DNA of 57,569 bases from Octopus bimaculoides (Eukaryota): assembly GCF_001194135.2 (NCBI RefSeq), contig NC_068988.1:27626368-27683936 (forward strand). The letters run 5' to 3'. This document shows, one piece after another, positions 54,420 through 57,569 of the stretch (its first letter is position 1; every line of letters starts with the position of its first letter). The position numbers and the translations under genes were made by a program. The notes under the pieces are model-generated. The model was not told the origin of the DNA, ran no database searches, and saw only the letters and a program-made list of their open reading frames with translations.

Positions 54420-54896
54420 NNNNNNNNNNNNNNNNNNNNNNNNNNNNNNNNNNNNNNNNNNNNNNNNNNNNNNNNNNNNNNNNNNNNNNNNNNNNNNNNN
54501 NNNNNNNNNNNNNNNNNNNNNNNNNNNNNNNNNNNNNNNNNNNNNNNNNNNNNNNNNNNNNNNNNNNNNNNNNNNNNNNNNNNNNNNNNNNNNNNNNNNN
54601 NNNNNNNNNNNNNNNNNNNNNNNNNNNNNNNNNNNNNNNNNNNNNNNNNNNNNNNNNNNNNNNNNNNNNNNNNNNNNNNNNNNNNNNNNNNNNNNNNNNN
54701 NNNNNNNNNNNNNNNNNNNNNNNNNNNNNNNNNNNNNNNNNNNNNNNNNNNNNNNNNNNNNNNNNNNNNNNNNNNNNNNNNNNNNNNNNNNNNNNNNNNN
54801 NNNNNNNNNNNNNNNNNNNNNNNNNNNNNNNNNNNNNNNNNNNNNNNNNNNNNNNNNNNNNNNNNNNNNNNNNNNNNNNNNNNNNNNNNNNNNNNN
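54420..54896. other. Assembly gap adjacent to the hammerhead locus
   Basis: N run. Confidence 1.
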
Positions 54897-54964
54897 CATC
54901 AGTCTGGAATTATTATATGTTTACAAGAGCTTGACAGGCATCTCCAACTAGCAGGCAATGCTAC

Positions 54965-55007
54965 TCCAGACTGATGATGAGCAAAGACTCAGAAACATGT
55001 CTCTGGA
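54965..55007 (+). ncRNA. Type I hammerhead ribozyme (minimal palindromic stem III), predicted cleavage after GUC at 55001
   Basis: TCCAGA-CTGATGA-TGAG caaaga CTCA-GAAA-CATG-TC-TCTGGA: 6-bp stem I, full CUGAUGA/GAAA core, 4-bp stem II, A-C(AU)G-U stem III, GUC triplet. Confidence 0.8.
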
Positions 55008-55909
55008 TGCAGGCTTAGCTGGGTGGAGGTGCTTATCTCCCCCTTGTAAACATAAGGACACAGGAAATGTGTCAAAGCCGACAGGAAGCGGTGCAGCTTC
55101 CTAGGGCTAAATAGCAGTAGTAGTATTCCCTTTATGACAACAATAATGATGATGATGATGATAATATATATATATATATATATATATAACTATATGCACA
55201 AACATGCACTTGGAGTACAGGCAATTGAGATCTTTTCAGAACAGTAATAATCAAGCTATTGCTGAAATTTCAGTATAAATGAATATTTACTAACTTTAAC
55301 CATGCTGGAAATATTAGCTTTGCTCTTAATATTAAAAGATTTAGGTATAAAAAATTTTTTTAATGTTTGGCTCAAATAAATTTGTTTGCTGCATTCTAAC
55401 AAGTTTTCTCAAAACTTCTCACATGCAGCAATATATTTATCATAGTAACTGTTACGTAGAGTTGACGTTTCTGTCTTTGCTACTATGTAACAGCTGGTCT
55501 GTGTTTTGATGTATCTGCTAGTTTGTGTTCTGTCTGAGATATAGATTTATAAACTTGAGGTCAATCTTTAAAGCCAGTGAGGATTTCCAGAAGAAAAAAA
55601 CTTAAATATAAAGTGGCTTTTCCACTATGCTCATCAATTACATTAAAGAAGTTAATTTAACAATATATATATATATATGATGATGATGATTAGTAAAAAG
55701 TAAGGGATTACTCCAAGGTGATTACCAGTTTGCTCTCAGGTATTCAAAATATATTATTCAAGAGTTAACACAAAGTTCTTATGGAAACATGTGTTGGTCT
55801 TAAAAGGCAGTATATAATTATAGAATTAAAAGTAATGCTATTGCTACTTCGGAGTAATCTTTGTTTTTAATATTGTCAGTATATATATATATAAATCGAA
55901 GTAAAATCG

Positions 55910-56280
55910 AAATCATGATGGCACCTGTGCCAGTAGAGCGCTAACAGCACCATCCGAGCGTAATCATTGCTAGAACAGCTTCCGTGCTGTGGCACGTAAA
56001 TAGCACCATTTGAGCGTGATCGTTACTAGCGTCACTGTACTGGCACTTGTGCCAGTGACACATGAAAAGCATTCGAGCGAGGTCATTGCCAGTGCCTCTG
56101 GACTGGCTCCTGTGCAGGTGGCACGTAAAATACACCATTTTGAACGTGGCCGTTGCCAGTGCCGCCTGACTGGCTTTCGTGCCAGTGGCACGTAAAAGCA
56201 TCCACTACACTCTCAGAGTGGTTGGCATTAGGAAGGGCATCCAGCTGTAGAAACTCTGTCAGTGTCAGATCAGATTTGGG
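55910..56280 (+). mobile_element. RTE 3' UTR copy
   Basis: Same family. Confidence 0.8.
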
Positions 56281-56690
56281 AACTACTGCATCACATAATT
56301 TCATTCTACTGGAAATCATCAGTGGGAGACATCCGGTCACTGCTTACCAGTTGAATCTCATTTCTGTGATAAATAGAATATCACTATAATTAATTTTTGA
56401 TAAGCCGTTGCAAATAATTAATTTGCTGGTTATTTGCGACATAGATAGAATTTGTTTACCTCATCAAATTCCATCTGATCCATGGAAAAATGAAAGTTAA
56501 TTGATGATGCTGATGATGATGATGATATGTAATCATTGCAACTTGTTTTTAGTTAGAAATTTAACATGCTAGAATTTTTGACCCTGGGACATATTTGAAC
56601 GCCACTCAAATGAAGAATCCTGGACCATTTTGGATACAGTAGAATCAATCTTATATAAATATTAAATGCTATTTGTTATTCTATTGTTCT

Positions 56691-57293
56691 AAGGCAACCA
56701 GCTGGCAGAATCATTGATATGCTGGACAAAATGCTTAGCAATATTTACATTCTGAGTTCAAATTCTGCCAAGGTCAACTTTACCTTTTATTCTTGCAAGG
56801 TTGATAAATCAAACGCCAATCCAGCACTGGGGTCAATGTAATTGACTTACCCCTTCTCCCCAAATTACAGGCACTGAACCCATTGTAGAGAGGTTATTAA
56901 GGCAACGAGCAGACAGAATGCTGGATATAATCTTGAGCCACATTTATGTTCTCAGCTCAAATTCTGCTGAGATTGATTTTGCTTTTCATCTTTTCAGAGT
57001 TGATAAATTAAGAGAACCAGTCATGCACTGGGGTCAATGTAATCGACTTGTTTCCGCCACCGAAATTGCAGGCCTTGTGCTTATAGCAGCAAAGTTAAGG
57101 CAATGAGCTGGTAGAATCATTAGCTCACTGGACAAAATGCTTAGCCGCATTTACATTCTAAGCTCAAATCCCACCAGGGTCAACTTCGCTTTTCAACTTT
57201 TTCAGGGTCGATAAATTAAATACACTGGCATTGATGTAATCGACTAGCCTCCTCCCACCAAATTGCAGGCCTTGTGCATATAGTAGAAAGGAA
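56691..57293 (+). mobile_element. Head-to-tail trimer of a roughly 200-bp tRNA-derived SINE (family C), with a 14-bp flanking direct repeat
   Basis: Units start at 56691, 56899 and 57097 (AAGGCAA...); B-box GAGTTCAAATT; TATTCTATTGTTCT at 56677-56690 and 57294-57307. Confidence 0.85.
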
Positions 57294-57334
57294 TATTCTA
57301 TTGTTCTGCTTTTAAAATTTTGTTTCTTTGAATG

Positions 57335-57569
57335 TCGTCGTCGTCGTCGTTTAACGTCCGCTTTCCATGCTAGCATGGGTTGGACGATTTGACTGAGGAC
57401 TGGTGAAACCAGATGGCTACACCAGGCTCCAATCTGATTTGGCAGTGTTTCCACAGCTGGATGCCCTTCCTAACGCCAACCACTCAGAGAGTGTAGTGGG
57501 TGCTTTTACGTGTCACCCGCACGAAGGCCAGTCAGGCGGTACTGGCAACGGCCACGCTCATCTCGCTCG
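57335..57569 (-). mobile_element. RTE 3' UTR copy running off the window
   Basis: Near-identical to the 41071 copy. Confidence 0.85.

Noticed and set aside
57391-57425. CTGAGGA-CTGGT-GAAA-CCAGATGG-C in the antisense of every RTE tail, hammerhead-like
   Set aside because: No stem II, no U16.1-H17 cleavage site, no stem I.

Overview
Eukaryotic, AT-rich, repeat-dense animal DNA with five assembly gaps. The microsatellite load and tRNA-derived SINE/RTE landscape look octopus-like (inference from repeat content only). One gene is solid: a + strand RNF38/RNF44-family RING-H2 E3 ligase. Seven spliced coding exons (30496-36298, about 420 aa) join in frame with GT-AG sites; its N-terminal exon(s) could not be fixed. 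Almost all ORFs in the supplied track are artefacts of microsatellites or N runs. The rest is transposon debris: RTE, Tx1/L1, Gypsy, mariner/Tc1, Helitron, piggyBac-type MITEs and several SINE families. Best novelty candidate: a complete type I hammerhead ribozyme (54965-55007) capping a roughly 140-nt rod-like hairpin. The start of a second, opposite-polarity hammerhead runs into the adjacent gap (54897-54908), suggesting a Penelope-pLTR, retrozyme or viroid-like ambisense arrangement. Other points: a diverged SINE trimer inside one perfect 14-bp target duplication; a frame-preserving exon block flanked by inverted SINEs; a DQTxC duplication before the RING; and CpG and splice hints of an unresolved second gene in about 0.5-19 kb. 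All alignments and folds were done by eye; repeat boundaries are approximate.
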